Origin: Gemmatimonadota bacterium
GTDB lineage: Bacteria > Latescibacterota > UBA2968 > UBA8231
Reading direction: 5' to 3'
Assembly (NCBI GenBank): GCA_038128265.1
Contig: JAYPJE010000008.1
Location: 1-64,000, forward strand
DNA: 64,000 nucleotides
A program made the translations under genes and the position numbers. How positions within the stretch are numbered: the first letter of the stretch is position 1; the number at the start of each line of letters is the position of its first letter. A model generated the notes under the pieces. That model saw nothing but the letters and a program-made list of their open reading frames with translations. It was not told the origin of the DNA and did no database searches. Of the stretch, positions 50,701 through 59,621 are shown one piece after another.

Positions 50701-50988
50701 ATCGATGGCAGCGTGTTCCTAGATATAGGCACCGCATGGAACAAGGGCGAAACGCTAGACCCGTGGCCGCTGTTCAATCCCGACCTAGAGCCCGACCAAC
50801 TATCCCTCGAAGCCGAGCAGCGCATGGAAGCGGGGCCGTCGATGCGCAGACCGCTGCGCGCCAGCGTTGGCTTCGGTCTATTAGTCTACTTTATGCTGCC
50901 CATCAACCTCGAGTTTGCCAAGCAAACGGACCTACAGGGGCACTACTCCGACTACAAATTTCACCTGAGCTTTGGTAAGAGCTTTTGA
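47725..50988 (+). CDS. Gluzincin peptidase + TolB/PD40 propeller + Omp85 barrel fusion
   Basis: FGKNKVRY, HELAH..WIMEGLAEY, PxxSPDG repeats, PLRGY, NVELRVP, terminal F. Confidence 0.85.
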   Translation: MQQDLTKGRFHRFWLLIAALLIASGVRDVCAQDILTMQLQQGFGKNKVRYKDFQWEILESEHLELHFEAEFHELAVRAVDYLEEAYDHISAIMHHELSHRPPIVIYQSQYEFQQTNIIHEFLPPGVAGFAEPLRYRMVIPFDGDLDEFRNVLVHELAHIFQYDIIYKGPIKRITNPLSSPPTWIMEGLAEYTTPGRNTIDEMVLRDAVLTDGLIPIEAMDAAWGTGNVFLAYKQSHSIMEYIAANYGPEKVSRILRLWDSQKDTDKLLERLIDMDMQELDERWSAHMRKHYWPLLQTRDYASEIADKIAGEDDDAYQMFASPRWSLSGDMLAVLSSDGIEEHVDIIRLEDASLVERITRSMRASRFDHLTAGGGTVAWAPDGHTIAFVAKDGARDRILLWDLYDKDIVKTLRVANIETIESLNWAPDSRRLALIGTGYGQSDLYVLDVYDETLQQLTGSPQREDHPVFSPDGSKIAYSSKYNNQFDIKIYDMETGEAHTAIASPTDDLWPQWLPEGNKLLFVSTRDTINDLFVYHLDEGREYRLTRTLSGISNPALSPDGRQVVFSTYFKGRSELYLMDMPDMPSIKRRDAELLARLGQSEATASDSARTDSGSAVSALDLPADTSAAQPLIRPVAPLTDQGGRPDLRSAAPLVDSRISSAVLLANTSSDSAPEAPPAPQTQVPAPTLPDGDGADDEPLGDDGVERRLYTPKLEFDGISVQMGYFDGFFSSIAQLSMSDLLGNHALSLATDYVASQEVNNDFNFAVSYEYYGKRPTYRASIFNWNQYYNNSRTFIYRGLLVSGISKIQQRGMLADASYPLDLYRRLELSYTYVGEQEVLVWPIEEIGASTSTHLFKSAFVHDSINYGLLGPTAGKRYFLSVGRTLDVGGSTRSFSHLELDYRTYLRLGRWSVLGLRAYGVGSLGSDALSYNLGGPTWFLPFYTGFNLNTGPLRGYDFSEFSGSRVALANVELRVPFVRGILFGWPTTFLVPAIDGSVFLDIGTAWNKGETLDPWPLFNPDLEPDQLSLEAEQRMEAGPSMRRPLRASVGFGLLVYFMLPINLEFAKQTDLQGHYSDYKFHLSFGKSF

Positions 50989-51674
50989 ACTATGCGCTCG
51001 CAATCAGCCTGAGCCTGCTGCTAGCCGGCTGCGCTCATAATAGCCGCTTTGAACGCGTGGAATTTCGCGCCCCATCGCAGCCGGACGCCGCTCTGAAGCC
51101 CTTTTTAGAGGACGTCGATCGCATGGGCGTTATTTGCGTGACCAATATCGAGCCGTCGCGCGAAATCGACGTAGAAAAGGTCATGGCCCTGCTTTCCAAT
51201 GCCACGGTGCGCGGCCTGAGCAGACTCCCCGATATGACCATCGTACCCCAGGATGAAATCACTTGGAAATTAAAGGACGTGCACTTTGATTCGACCAGCG
51301 TATACGCAGACTCCGTGCGCGCGGCTCTGCGCGACACGCTGTCACTAGACGCCATCGTCTTTGTCGAACTGCGCCACCTACAGGCACGGGTGATGCCCGT
51401 GATGCCGACAGCCTACGGCATGAGTCCCAGCCCCAGCGTCGACATGAGCGTTGACTTGCAGGTCAGCCTGCTCAACATCCACACGGGGCAAGCGTGGAAG
51501 CAGGGCGGCCAGGAGCGCAATTTTGAACCCGTGCGGCTGCAGTTAATGGGGGCAAACAATCAGGGCGAACGCCAGTTGCTCATGGCGTTGGGTAAACCCA
51601 TGCAGCGATTTCTATCGCGCATAGCGCCGCCGCCACGACCGCAAACGCGCCATTTTGAAACGGACGGCAACTGA
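50985..51674 (+). CDS. Hypothetical lipoprotein
   Basis: Lipobox LAGC; TTG start overlapping the upstream stop. Confidence 0.72.
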   Translation: MNYALAISLSLLLAGCAHNSRFERVEFRAPSQPDAALKPFLEDVDRMGVICVTNIEPSREIDVEKVMALLSNATVRGLSRLPDMTIVPQDEITWKLKDVHFDSTSVYADSVRAALRDTLSLDAIVFVELRHLQARVMPVMPTAYGMSPSPSVDMSVDLQVSLLNIHTGQAWKQGGQERNFEPVRLQLMGANNQGERQLLMALGKPMQRFLSRIAPPPRPQTRHFETDGN

Positions 51675-51686
51675 ACTGAAGGGCAC

Positions 51687-51728
51687 AAAAAGAAGGGCGG
51701 TAATCCCAGTGGATTACCGCCCTTCTCG
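51687..51728. terminator. Terminator between convergent operons
   Basis: AGAAGGGCGGTAATCC-CAGT-GGATTACCGCCCTTCT perfect 16-bp stem. Confidence 0.9.
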
Positions 51729-51744
51729 CGTTCTGTTCAAGCAC

Positions 51745-52440
51745 CTAACGCCGCCGTTTTTTCGGAGCCGCACTTTCTTTGCTACCCGTTGATTTGGAAG
51801 CCGGAGCCGACGTGCTCACGGCACTCGGACGCGAAGACGATGACGACGGAGCCGACGGCGTCGCAATCGAACTCGTGCTGCGCGGCGTGGGATCGGGTCT
51901 ACGCATTTGCGGAGCCGCGCGCCGTATCCACACGTCCTCTTTTTCGCGCAGCTGCTCGCGCGCGCTGGCCTCGTCAACGGAAGCGGGCACGCCATTCCTC
52001 ATATCGGCCAGCGAGGCGCGAATATCGTCGAGTTCGCGCGTGCTGACCAGTTCGTAACCCGGCGGAACGTAGTAGCCGCGGCTGTCCGTGTAGTAGGGGT
52101 CATAGCCATAGCTGTAAGGCCCGTAGCCTTGGTAGCCGTAGGACGAGTAGGCGCCGTAGGGCAAGGGATACGCACCATAGCCACCCGAGCCGTAGTAGCC
52201 GCCCCGCAGCGGGTAGCCCGTTCCGTAGGCACCATAGCTGCCCGGCACGCCCGGATAGCGATAAAAATCATCTTCTGCGGCGGTATCGCGCTCTGCGCGC
52301 CGCTCGTAATCGCCGTCGCGCTCCGCACGCTCGTGCAGCGTTTTCACGGCATACGGGTCGGACAGCACGGTATAACAGCCGCTCAGCGCAACGCTGATAC
52401 AGCCGACAAAGGCCAGGGCTTTCAGTTTTTCGCAGCTCAT
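51745..52440 (-). CDS. Tyr/Gly-rich hypothetical lipoprotein
   Basis: Lipobox LSGC; YG-rich middle; Ser-rich, basic tail. Confidence 0.75.
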   Translation of the reverse strand: MSCEKLKALAFVGCISVALSGCYTVLSDPYAVKTLHERAERDGDYERRAERDTAAEDDFYRYPGVPGSYGAYGTGYPLRGGYYGSGGYGAYPLPYGAYSSYGYQGYGPYSYGYDPYYTDSRGYYVPPGYELVSTRELDDIRASLADMRNGVPASVDEASAREQLREKEDVWIRRAAPQMRRPDPTPRSTSSIATPSAPSSSSSRPSAVSTSAPASKSTGSKESAAPKKRRR

Positions 52441-52542
52441 ACAATCACCACCTGATCAAAAGGCTTAGCGCAAAGTGCCACTGTGTTTAATATATCTAGC
52501 GTCGCCCAATAGACCAAATTGGGCCGTTATTGAAGCCACGGG

Positions 52543-53868
52543 TCAGAAGCGATAGGCCAGGCCAACAAAGAGGCGCGTAATCACATTTTCCTCGCCCAGT
52601 TCGTTGGTGCGTCCGTCCCCGGCGACCTCTTCTACCTGTTCAAACCGACCGCGCACCCAGGCCATATCCATCTGGACGACTTCGTCTACTAGCAGGCCGG
52701 CACCCAAGGTGAAAAACTGCCGGTCCTCAACAATTCGAATCGGCGGATCGCCGCTAAAGGGATCGGGATTGCGCGGACCGACAAAGGGTAGCGGGTCGGT
52801 GTAGAAGCCAGCGCGCAGATCGAGCGCAATAACCGGCACCTGCCACTCTGCGCCCACGTGGTAGCGCGCAACATCGCGATACTGGCGTTCGAACGCGGTA
52901 TCGGCGCGCAGCTGCCGGTCGTCTCCACCTTCGTACTCGCTCTGCGACCACTCGGCAAAATGGACGCCCGCCGCCAGTAGCACACCCGGAAACGGCACAT
53001 AGGATCCCCCAAACGAAAACTCCAGCGGCAGGGCGATCTGGTAGCGCCCGCGGATCTCCTCGCTATCGGACCGAATCGTCGATCCGTCGTCGTAATCGAT
53101 GCGATTATAACCATCGGGACTGCCGCGAAAAACATAGCGGACTTCCTGACCCAGCCCAGAAGCGATCGACGCGCCCAAGCGCAGACGAGGCCGCTCGCGC
53201 GGCATGCGCACCATAGCACCCAATTTGGCGTACCAAGAGCTTCTATAGTCGTCGGAGAACGTATCGGAAGCCAAAAAGCGACGCTCCAGATAGATATCCT
53301 GGCGATCCTCCCACGAAAAGTCGTTGCTCGCCTCGTCCTCGCCGCCAGTAACGCCCAGCGTAAGCCCCAGCGACAGCGAAGGCGAAACGTCTATCGCTGC
53401 AGACAGCGAAGAAAGCGCCAGCTCGCCTTCATGTTGAAATAGATGATCGACGTGCAGGCTGTCCACTGCATCGACACCCGTCTGACGCAGGCTCCAATCA
53501 AAGTCCTTTATCCGACTAAAACCTATGGCAAATACCAGGCTGCCCTGATACACGGGATAGGGATATACGAAACCCAGCGAGCCAAAGCGCGTATTGCTCA
53601 ACTGGCCGCTGGCCGACGTCCCATTAAAGACCGATTTAGCATCTCGACTGTTGCGCAGAAAGCCGACGCGCACTTCGCGCTGACGCATCTGGGCCAAGCC
53701 AGCCGGGTTCCAGTATACGGCCGTAAAGTCATCTGCCACGCCGGCAAAAGCACCGCCCATACCCATGGCGCGCACGCCGACGCCGGCAAAGTTATCGATC
53801 GCCCGCTCTTCCTGTGCCCAAGCCGTCGCGCTCAGTAGCAGCAAGCCTATCAGCCCGTGAATTCGCAT
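52543..53868 (-). CDS. OmpP1/FadL family outer-membrane protein
   Basis: RAMGMGGAF..DDFTAVYWNPAGL; C-terminal LAYRF. Confidence 0.85.
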   Translation of the reverse strand: MRIHGLIGLLLLSATAWAQEERAIDNFAGVGVRAMGMGGAFAGVADDFTAVYWNPAGLAQMRQREVRVGFLRNSRDAKSVFNGTSASGQLSNTRFGSLGFVYPYPVYQGSLVFAIGFSRIKDFDWSLRQTGVDAVDSLHVDHLFQHEGELALSSLSAAIDVSPSLSLGLTLGVTGGEDEASNDFSWEDRQDIYLERRFLASDTFSDDYRSSWYAKLGAMVRMPRERPRLRLGASIASGLGQEVRYVFRGSPDGYNRIDYDDGSTIRSDSEEIRGRYQIALPLEFSFGGSYVPFPGVLLAAGVHFAEWSQSEYEGGDDRQLRADTAFERQYRDVARYHVGAEWQVPVIALDLRAGFYTDPLPFVGPRNPDPFSGDPPIRIVEDRQFFTLGAGLLVDEVVQMDMAWVRGRFEQVEEVAGDGRTNELGEENVITRLFVGLAYRF

Positions 53869-54644
53869 CAGAACTCCTCGGTATAAACGACGGCCAGTTC
53901 GCGGCTGGGTTCGGGTTCGTCCATACCGCGCTGCAGCACATTCTTAAAGAAAATCGACAGCTTTAGCTGTGGCGCTACGACCCAGCGGGCGCCGGCATTC
54001 AGGTAGCCAACCTCATCGCTGCCGTCGTTGCGCGCCAGCTCGTATTCAACTAGCAGCGATACGTCCTCGTTGATGCTCTTGTCGGCACCAACCCACCCGC
54101 TCATATCGTCGCCGTCCACTTCTTCGCGACTCCTATTGGCCCCGGCGTGTATGCCGAACTGCCCCAGCGCCGAAGTAAAATTTTTGCTCAGCGCCACAAA
54201 TGCCCCCTTTGACTTGCTCTGGTAGCGCCCTCCGCCGTAGTGGCCAAAGCCCTGCGTCTCATAGCCCAACACCAGCGCCGGCCACGCGGCGCTTTCCTCA
54301 ATAGCGCGGTAACGCGCGGCAACCTCGACGCGCGGATTCCATTCGACCGCCCCCTGGCCTATGATATTGCCACCGCCAAAGGAGAGGCCGATCGTCAGCC
54401 GTTTTAGCGCACCGGCTTGCACCTGTCCAAGCACGCCCCCTTCGGAAAAAAGCCGCAGCCCAATCGCATAGCGCCCCTTGCCAACCAAACCCGCCGTAGG
54501 GCTATCTATCAGACGCGCCAGTTCAGCCGCCTCGGCTCCCTCTGCACGACCGGACGGCCACACCACACCCAGCAATACGCACAACGCGCACTGGACAATC
54601 CTCCTGTATTTGCGCAATACGCCCTCCCTTTTTAGCAAACGCAC
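53868..54644 (-). CDS. Outer-membrane beta-barrel protein (YjbH-like)
   Basis: Signal peptide, LIDSPTAG, GYLNAGARW, terminal F. Confidence 0.65.
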   Translation of the reverse strand: MRLLKREGVLRKYRRIVQCALCVLLGVVWPSGRAEGAEAAELARLIDSPTAGLVGKGRYAIGLRLFSEGGVLGQVQAGALKRLTIGLSFGGGNIIGQGAVEWNPRVEVAARYRAIEESAAWPALVLGYETQGFGHYGGGRYQSKSKGAFVALSKNFTSALGQFGIHAGANRSREEVDGDDMSGWVGADKSINEDVSLLVEYELARNDGSDEVGYLNAGARWVVAPQLKLSIFFKNVLQRGMDEPEPSRELAVVYTEEF

Positions 54645-54648
54645 TCAG

Positions 54649-55095
54649 CTATCCCCTGTGCTCAATAGCGACGCTGCGCTCTTCATCTCCCCTATATTCC
54701 AACTGCACTTCGACCCGACGCGGCGGCAAGAGCTGCCCGGCGCGCTCGGCCCACTCCACCAAGCAGATGCCGTCGCCGTAAAAATACTCCTCCGCTCCCA
54801 GCGCATACAGTTCGTCTTCACCGCCTAGCCGATACAGATCAAAGTGATAGATCGGCAGCGGCCGCTCAGCCCGCGTGCCGGCGTACTCGTTGATCAGAAT
54901 AAAGGTCGGGCTTGTAACGTAGTCGCGCACGTCGAGTGCCTGGCATACACCCTGTATCATGCAGGTCTTGCCGCTGCCCAAATCGCCGCGAAAAGCCACC
55001 ACGCTCCCCGGCCCCAGCGCTTCGCCCAAGGCCCGCCCCAAGGCCTGTGTCTCACCGGGCGAGTGCGTAGAAAACATTCCTGTCGGTGCCCGCAT
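54649..55095 (-). CDS. tsaE: tRNA threonylcarbamoyladenosine biosynthesis ATPase TsaE
   Basis: GDLGSGKT, VTSPTF, HFDLYRL, VEW. Confidence 0.95.
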   Translation of the reverse strand: MRAPTGMFSTHSPGETQALGRALGEALGPGSVVAFRGDLGSGKTCMIQGVCQALDVRDYVTSPTFILINEYAGTRAERPLPIYHFDLYRLGGEDELYALGAEEYFYGDGICLVEWAERAGQLLPPRRVEVQLEYRGDEERSVAIEHRG

Positions 55096-56658
55096 CTACT
55101 TGGGCTCCATAATGGCTACGGGCAAGACCATTTCTTGCAGCGATATACCTCCGTGCTGAAACGAGTCTTTGAACTGGCGCTGATACTCGTTGAAGTTGGT
55201 CGGATAGACCAGGGAGAAATCTTCCTTGGCAATAATGAAATTGGCCCCGAGCCCGGCGCTGGGCAGCCCGTAGCGCTGGGGGTCTTCAATGTGCAGCGCA
55301 TCGCGCTCTTCGCAGCGCAGATTGCGGCCGTATTTATAGCGCAAATTATTTGACGTATCGCGGTCGCCGTGCACTACAGTGGCGCGATTGCTGCGCACGG
55401 CACCGTGATCGGTCGTCAGCACGACGACGGCATCCGTGCGCGCGACGCCCTTGAGCGTTTCAAAGAGCGACGAATGGCCAAACCAAGACTGCACCAAATC
55501 GCGAAAGGCCTGCTCGTCGGGCGCCATCTCCTTAAGCAGTTCCGACTGGGCGCGGCCGTGCACGAGCATATCGAGAAAGTTGTATACCACGGATACCAAA
55601 GGCCACTTGCGCAGCGAAGTGACTTTGCGCGTCAGGTTTTGCGCCTCGCCGGTATCCAGCACTTTGACGTAGTGCGAGCCCGGTTTGAGGGCGACCCCCA
55701 TATCGGCGATCTGGTCGTCGATAAATTGGTGTTCGTGACGATTTAAACTGTGCTCGTTGTCCTGCGCATTGCCCCATACCTTGGGATATTTAGCGGCAAT
55801 TTCGGCGGGAAATAGGCCACTAAATATGGCGTTGCGCGAATAGGGCGTAGCCGTTGGCAAAATAGAATAGTGATAGGATCGCTTGATGTTAAAATGCTCG
55901 GCCAACTGCGGCTCCATGACCATCCAGTGGTCGAGGCGCAAACAGTCGACGACGATGAAAAACACCTGGCGTCCAGCTTCGATATAGGGCATGACAAATT
56001 CGGGCACCACGTCGACGGAAAGAGGCGGCGAGTCGTCTTCGTCGTCAATCCACGTCGCGTAGTGACGCTCGACAAAGCGCGCAAATTCCTGGTTGCACTC
56101 GCGCTGCTGGTCTTCGACCATCTGCTGCAAACCCGGATCACCGAGGCGGCCCACTTCGATATCCCATTCACAGAGCTGGCGATAGACATCGATCCAGGTC
56201 TTCCAGCCCGTTTCCCCGGAAATCTGCTCGCGAATTTGCCCGGATTTCGATACGTAGTTCTGCCCGGCCTGGCTCTGGCGAATCTGGCGCGTGTCGAGAA
56301 TTCTCTTGCAGGCCATAAAAATCTGACTCGGATTGACCGGCTTGGTCAAGTAGTCGTCTATGCGCCGACCAATCGCCTCGTTCATGAGGTGTTCTTCTTC
56401 GTTTTTAGTGATCATAATAACCGGCACATTGGGATCGACTTCTTTGATGCGCTCCAGCGTTGACAGTCCGTCTAGGCCGGGCATCATTTCGTCTAGTAGG
56501 ACGATATCAAAGGGACGCTGACCAATGAGTTCTATCGCGTCTTTGCCGTTGTTGACCGGCGTAACTTCATAGCCCTTGTCGCCGAGAAAACGGTGGTGGG
56601 GCCGCAGCAGTTCAATTTCGTCGTCGGCCCACAGGATCTGTCGCTTATTGTCTTCCAT
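55096..56658 (-). CDS. Response regulator with PglZ/alkaline-phosphatase domain (PorX-like)
   Basis: ILWADDE, LDEMMPG, TKNEEE, DCLRLD, LPTATPYSRNAIF, TTDHG, FQHGGIS. Confidence 0.9.
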   Translation of the reverse strand: MEDNKRQILWADDEIELLRPHHRFLGDKGYEVTPVNNGKDAIELIGQRPFDIVLLDEMMPGLDGLSTLERIKEVDPNVPVIMITKNEEEHLMNEAIGRRIDDYLTKPVNPSQIFMACKRILDTRQIRQSQAGQNYVSKSGQIREQISGETGWKTWIDVYRQLCEWDIEVGRLGDPGLQQMVEDQQRECNQEFARFVERHYATWIDDEDDSPPLSVDVVPEFVMPYIEAGRQVFFIVVDCLRLDHWMVMEPQLAEHFNIKRSYHYSILPTATPYSRNAIFSGLFPAEIAAKYPKVWGNAQDNEHSLNRHEHQFIDDQIADMGVALKPGSHYVKVLDTGEAQNLTRKVTSLRKWPLVSVVYNFLDMLVHGRAQSELLKEMAPDEQAFRDLVQSWFGHSSLFETLKGVARTDAVVVLTTDHGAVRSNRATVVHGDRDTSNNLRYKYGRNLRCEERDALHIEDPQRYGLPSAGLGANFIIAKEDFSLVYPTNFNEYQRQFKDSFQHGGISLQEMVLPVAIMEPK

Positions 56659-56727
56659 ATATACGCTTTCTTAAATACAGTCTTCGGGTTGCCGGCAAAA
56701 CGGTCGCACTGCTTCTAAAACGGCTCG

Positions 56728-58554
56728 CTACGCGCCGGCGTTCCCCGTGCGGTCCAAGGGCAGTATGATTTCAAAAGTAGTTCCCTCACCGGGCACGCTC
56801 TGCACTACGCTGATACGGCCCGCGTGGTATTCCTCTACAATGCGCCGCACAAAGGCCAGCCCCAACCCCCAACCGCGCTTTTTCGTGCTAAAACCGGGCT
56901 CGAAGACGCGCTTTACATTCTCTGGCTCAATGCCACGGCCGTCGTCCTGAAAGGTGATCTGCACGACGCCATCCTCGGGTATGGTCGCCAAGTTGATTTG
57001 CATTTCGCCGGTCTTTCCATCCATTGCGTCGATGGCATTTTTAAACAGGTTTTCGAATGCCCAGCTCATTAACTCCGCGTTGAGCGGAACAACCATGCTC
57101 TCCCCTTGACCTTCTACGCGAATCTCGTGGCGACCAAATTGCGGCCCGCGATGGCGGAAGTAGTCAATCGTATCCTCTAGCACTCGACCAACGTCGGCCG
57201 GCACGAGCTCGGGCACTGAGCCTATTTGGCTAAAGCGCGAAGCGATCTGATTGAGATGGCGCATATCTTCGTCCATTTCACCAATCATCTGCTCCATGCG
57301 CTGCAGTCGTTCGTCGCGCTGGTCCGGTGCGAGAGAATCTACTTCATTTCGCATCAGTTCCAACCAGCCGGCCAGCGAAGACAGCGGCGTTCCCAGCTGA
57401 TGCGCGGTCTCCTTGGCCATACCAACCCATATGGAGCGCTGCTCGCTGCGCTTTATGTTGCGATAGCCAATATAGCCCACCAACAAAAAGAGAAAGAGCA
57501 CGCCGATTTGTATGATCGGCGCCACCGAGATGCGGTTGACCAAGTCGGAACTGCCGTAGTGGATGTAGTGCTCCGAAGGAATGTAAAAAGGCAGCGGATC
57601 GCTGTTTTGGGGCATGGCATTAAGGTGCTGTTGCACCGCCAGACGCGTCGACTCATCGAGCTGATCTTCTGGCGGCAGACCGCGCCCGCGCCAGGCGACG
57701 ACCCGCCCCCTGCCATCGGTGATCACCGCCTGCACACCGTCGTAGTACAGGTAGCTAAACCCCTCGGCCGGAATGGCGAAGCGCAGCGGCTGTCGACGGG
57801 CCATCTGCTCGAGCGAAAGGCGCACCCCGATCATCGCCGCCGCCGTCGTATCCGTCTCGGCGGGCAACCCCTCGCCTCGCCACCGCAGTATATCACCCCG
57901 GATATCGGTGAGCACGGCGCGCCCCTTGTCCAAGTAGAGCAAACCGGGCGTTTCGGCAGACCAGTAAAATTTTATCGGCGCGTTTTCGGCATCCATTTTG
58001 CGCAATAGGCGGTGTACCATCTCGTCCTGCACGCTGTCGTTTCGGGCCGCCGTTTCCTGGCGACTGCGCCAAAAGGCCAGCGATGCCCAAAGGCCGCTGC
58101 GCTCTTCGCTAACCATATCGCCCAATCCGCGCTTCTCGATGATTTCGCCACGGTAATTGGTAATGATACAGGGAAAATCGACCTGCGGATTGTTGATGAC
58201 CTGAGTGAATATGGTCATCGTCTGTTCCTGCGTTGCCAGCGGAGCAAAGGAAATCAGCCGCGCGTAGAGGTCGACGCGATTCTTCTCCTGCTCTCGCAGT
58301 TCACTGGTCAGCGATTCGTTGTAGAGTAGAAAGGCGAGAATGGCAACGATACTGCCGAGAAAGATGTAGGCGCGAAAGATCGGAGAAATGCCAAGCGAAG
58401 ACAGGGCTTCGCGTCGCCAATGGCGCCAGCGCCCCGTCGCAGGTGGTGCCTGCACGGCCTGCCCACCCGCTACGACCTCGACGGGTGCACGACCTCGTCG
58501 ACGGCGGCGCTTGGACGTAGGTTCGGCAGTATCTCTTTCCATCATCTCTTCCAT
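56728..58554 (-). CDS. Sensor histidine kinase
   Basis: Two TM helices, WVGMAKETAHQLGTP H-box, ENLFKNAIDA, DDGRG, GWGLGL. Confidence 0.92.
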   Translation of the reverse strand: MEEMMERDTAEPTSKRRRRRGRAPVEVVAGGQAVQAPPATGRWRHWRREALSSLGISPIFRAYIFLGSIVAILAFLLYNESLTSELREQEKNRVDLYARLISFAPLATQEQTMTIFTQVINNPQVDFPCIITNYRGEIIEKRGLGDMVSEERSGLWASLAFWRSRQETAARNDSVQDEMVHRLLRKMDAENAPIKFYWSAETPGLLYLDKGRAVLTDIRGDILRWRGEGLPAETDTTAAAMIGVRLSLEQMARRQPLRFAIPAEGFSYLYYDGVQAVITDGRGRVVAWRGRGLPPEDQLDESTRLAVQQHLNAMPQNSDPLPFYIPSEHYIHYGSSDLVNRISVAPIIQIGVLFLFLLVGYIGYRNIKRSEQRSIWVGMAKETAHQLGTPLSSLAGWLELMRNEVDSLAPDQRDERLQRMEQMIGEMDEDMRHLNQIASRFSQIGSVPELVPADVGRVLEDTIDYFRHRGPQFGRHEIRVEGQGESMVVPLNAELMSWAFENLFKNAIDAMDGKTGEMQINLATIPEDGVVQITFQDDGRGIEPENVKRVFEPGFSTKKRGWGLGLAFVRRIVEEYHAGRISVVQSVPGEGTTFEIILPLDRTGNAGA

Positions 58555-58671
58555 AGGTGCGCCCGTGCAGAGTCCCTTCACTCCATGTCGGGAGTCGGCC
58601 AATCCCGTATATTAATTAAGCTATCGCACTGCATTTTGTCACTCGCTTAGAAGGCCATTTCACCGAGAAAC

Positions 58672-59613
58672 ATGCCCCTTTCCGCGCTCATTCACCTGCT
58701 ACTAGCGACCGCCCTCGCTGCGCCCATGACGGCGCGTGGCACAGATCACACGCCTGCGTCCGAGCACGATGCCGGCATCCATCTCGACCGCCTCGCACTA
58801 GTAGGCGGCAGTGCGCTTGCCGTTCGCTATCTGGGATTCAAATATTTTGACCGCGCCTGGTATCAAGGCCAAAAGACAGACCGCATTCGCTGGATATACG
58901 ATTGGGGAGGCGATACCTATGTGAACCTCGACAAAGGCGGCCACTTTATGGGCGGCGCCTTTATGGCGCAAAAGCTCAGCGAGGCCTATACCTGGGCCGG
59001 ATTCGGCCCGCGCGCAGCCGCTGCGCTGGGAACGGCCACTAGTTGGGCGGCTCTGCTCGAGATAGAAATGCGCGATGCCCACTTTGATCAGTGGGGATTC
59101 AGCGTGCCGGATTTTCTGGCCAATACGCTAGGAGCAAGTCTGCCGATGTTGCACGCCTTTTTCCCGCGCAGCCGCGCCGTGCAGCTCAAATTCAGCTATC
59201 ATCCCTCGCGCCTGTTTTTAGATCGAGACGAACGCGCGGCTACAGACCGCCCTCACGTGCAGCACCTAATCGACGATTACGAGGGTATGGCGTTCTGGCT
59301 GAGCGTACCCATCGACCCGCTCCTGCGCCAATTCGCACAGCAAGAGCACCCCAACTGGATCCGCCTGGCCATCGGCTATGGCGCCACGGGGCTACACGGC
59401 AGCAACGCGAAAAGTCGCGGTCGATTTAGGCTCTACCCCGACCGCCCCGAAGCGCAGCCAGAGCTTTTTCTGGCGTTAGATTACGACGTGAGAGCGCTGC
59501 CGGGTGACGGCCCGCTCTGGCGCTATTTTAAACGGCAGCTCGACTGGCTGCACTGGCCAGCACCTGCCGTGCGCGTCTACCCCGACCTGCGATTTTACCT
59601 GCTGTTTATGTAG
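58672..59613 (+). CDS. DUF2279/YfiM-like exported protein
   Basis: Signal peptide, DKGGH, WGFS..D..AN..G, KFSY, DDYEG..FWLS. Confidence 0.7.
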   Translation: MPLSALIHLLLATALAAPMTARGTDHTPASEHDAGIHLDRLALVGGSALAVRYLGFKYFDRAWYQGQKTDRIRWIYDWGGDTYVNLDKGGHFMGGAFMAQKLSEAYTWAGFGPRAAAALGTATSWAALLEIEMRDAHFDQWGFSVPDFLANTLGASLPMLHAFFPRSRAVQLKFSYHPSRLFLDRDERAATDRPHVQHLIDDYEGMAFWLSVPIDPLLRQFAQQEHPNWIRLAIGYGATGLHGSNAKSRGRFRLYPDRPEAQPELFLALDYDVRALPGDGPLWRYFKRQLDWLHWPAPAVRVYPDLRFYLLFM

Positions 59614-59621
59614 CGGTGCGC

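Noticed and set aside
55096..56658. BREX defence system suggested by the PglZ domain
   Set aside because: The domain is fused to a receiver domain (PorX type) and no brxC, pglX or brxL genes are present.
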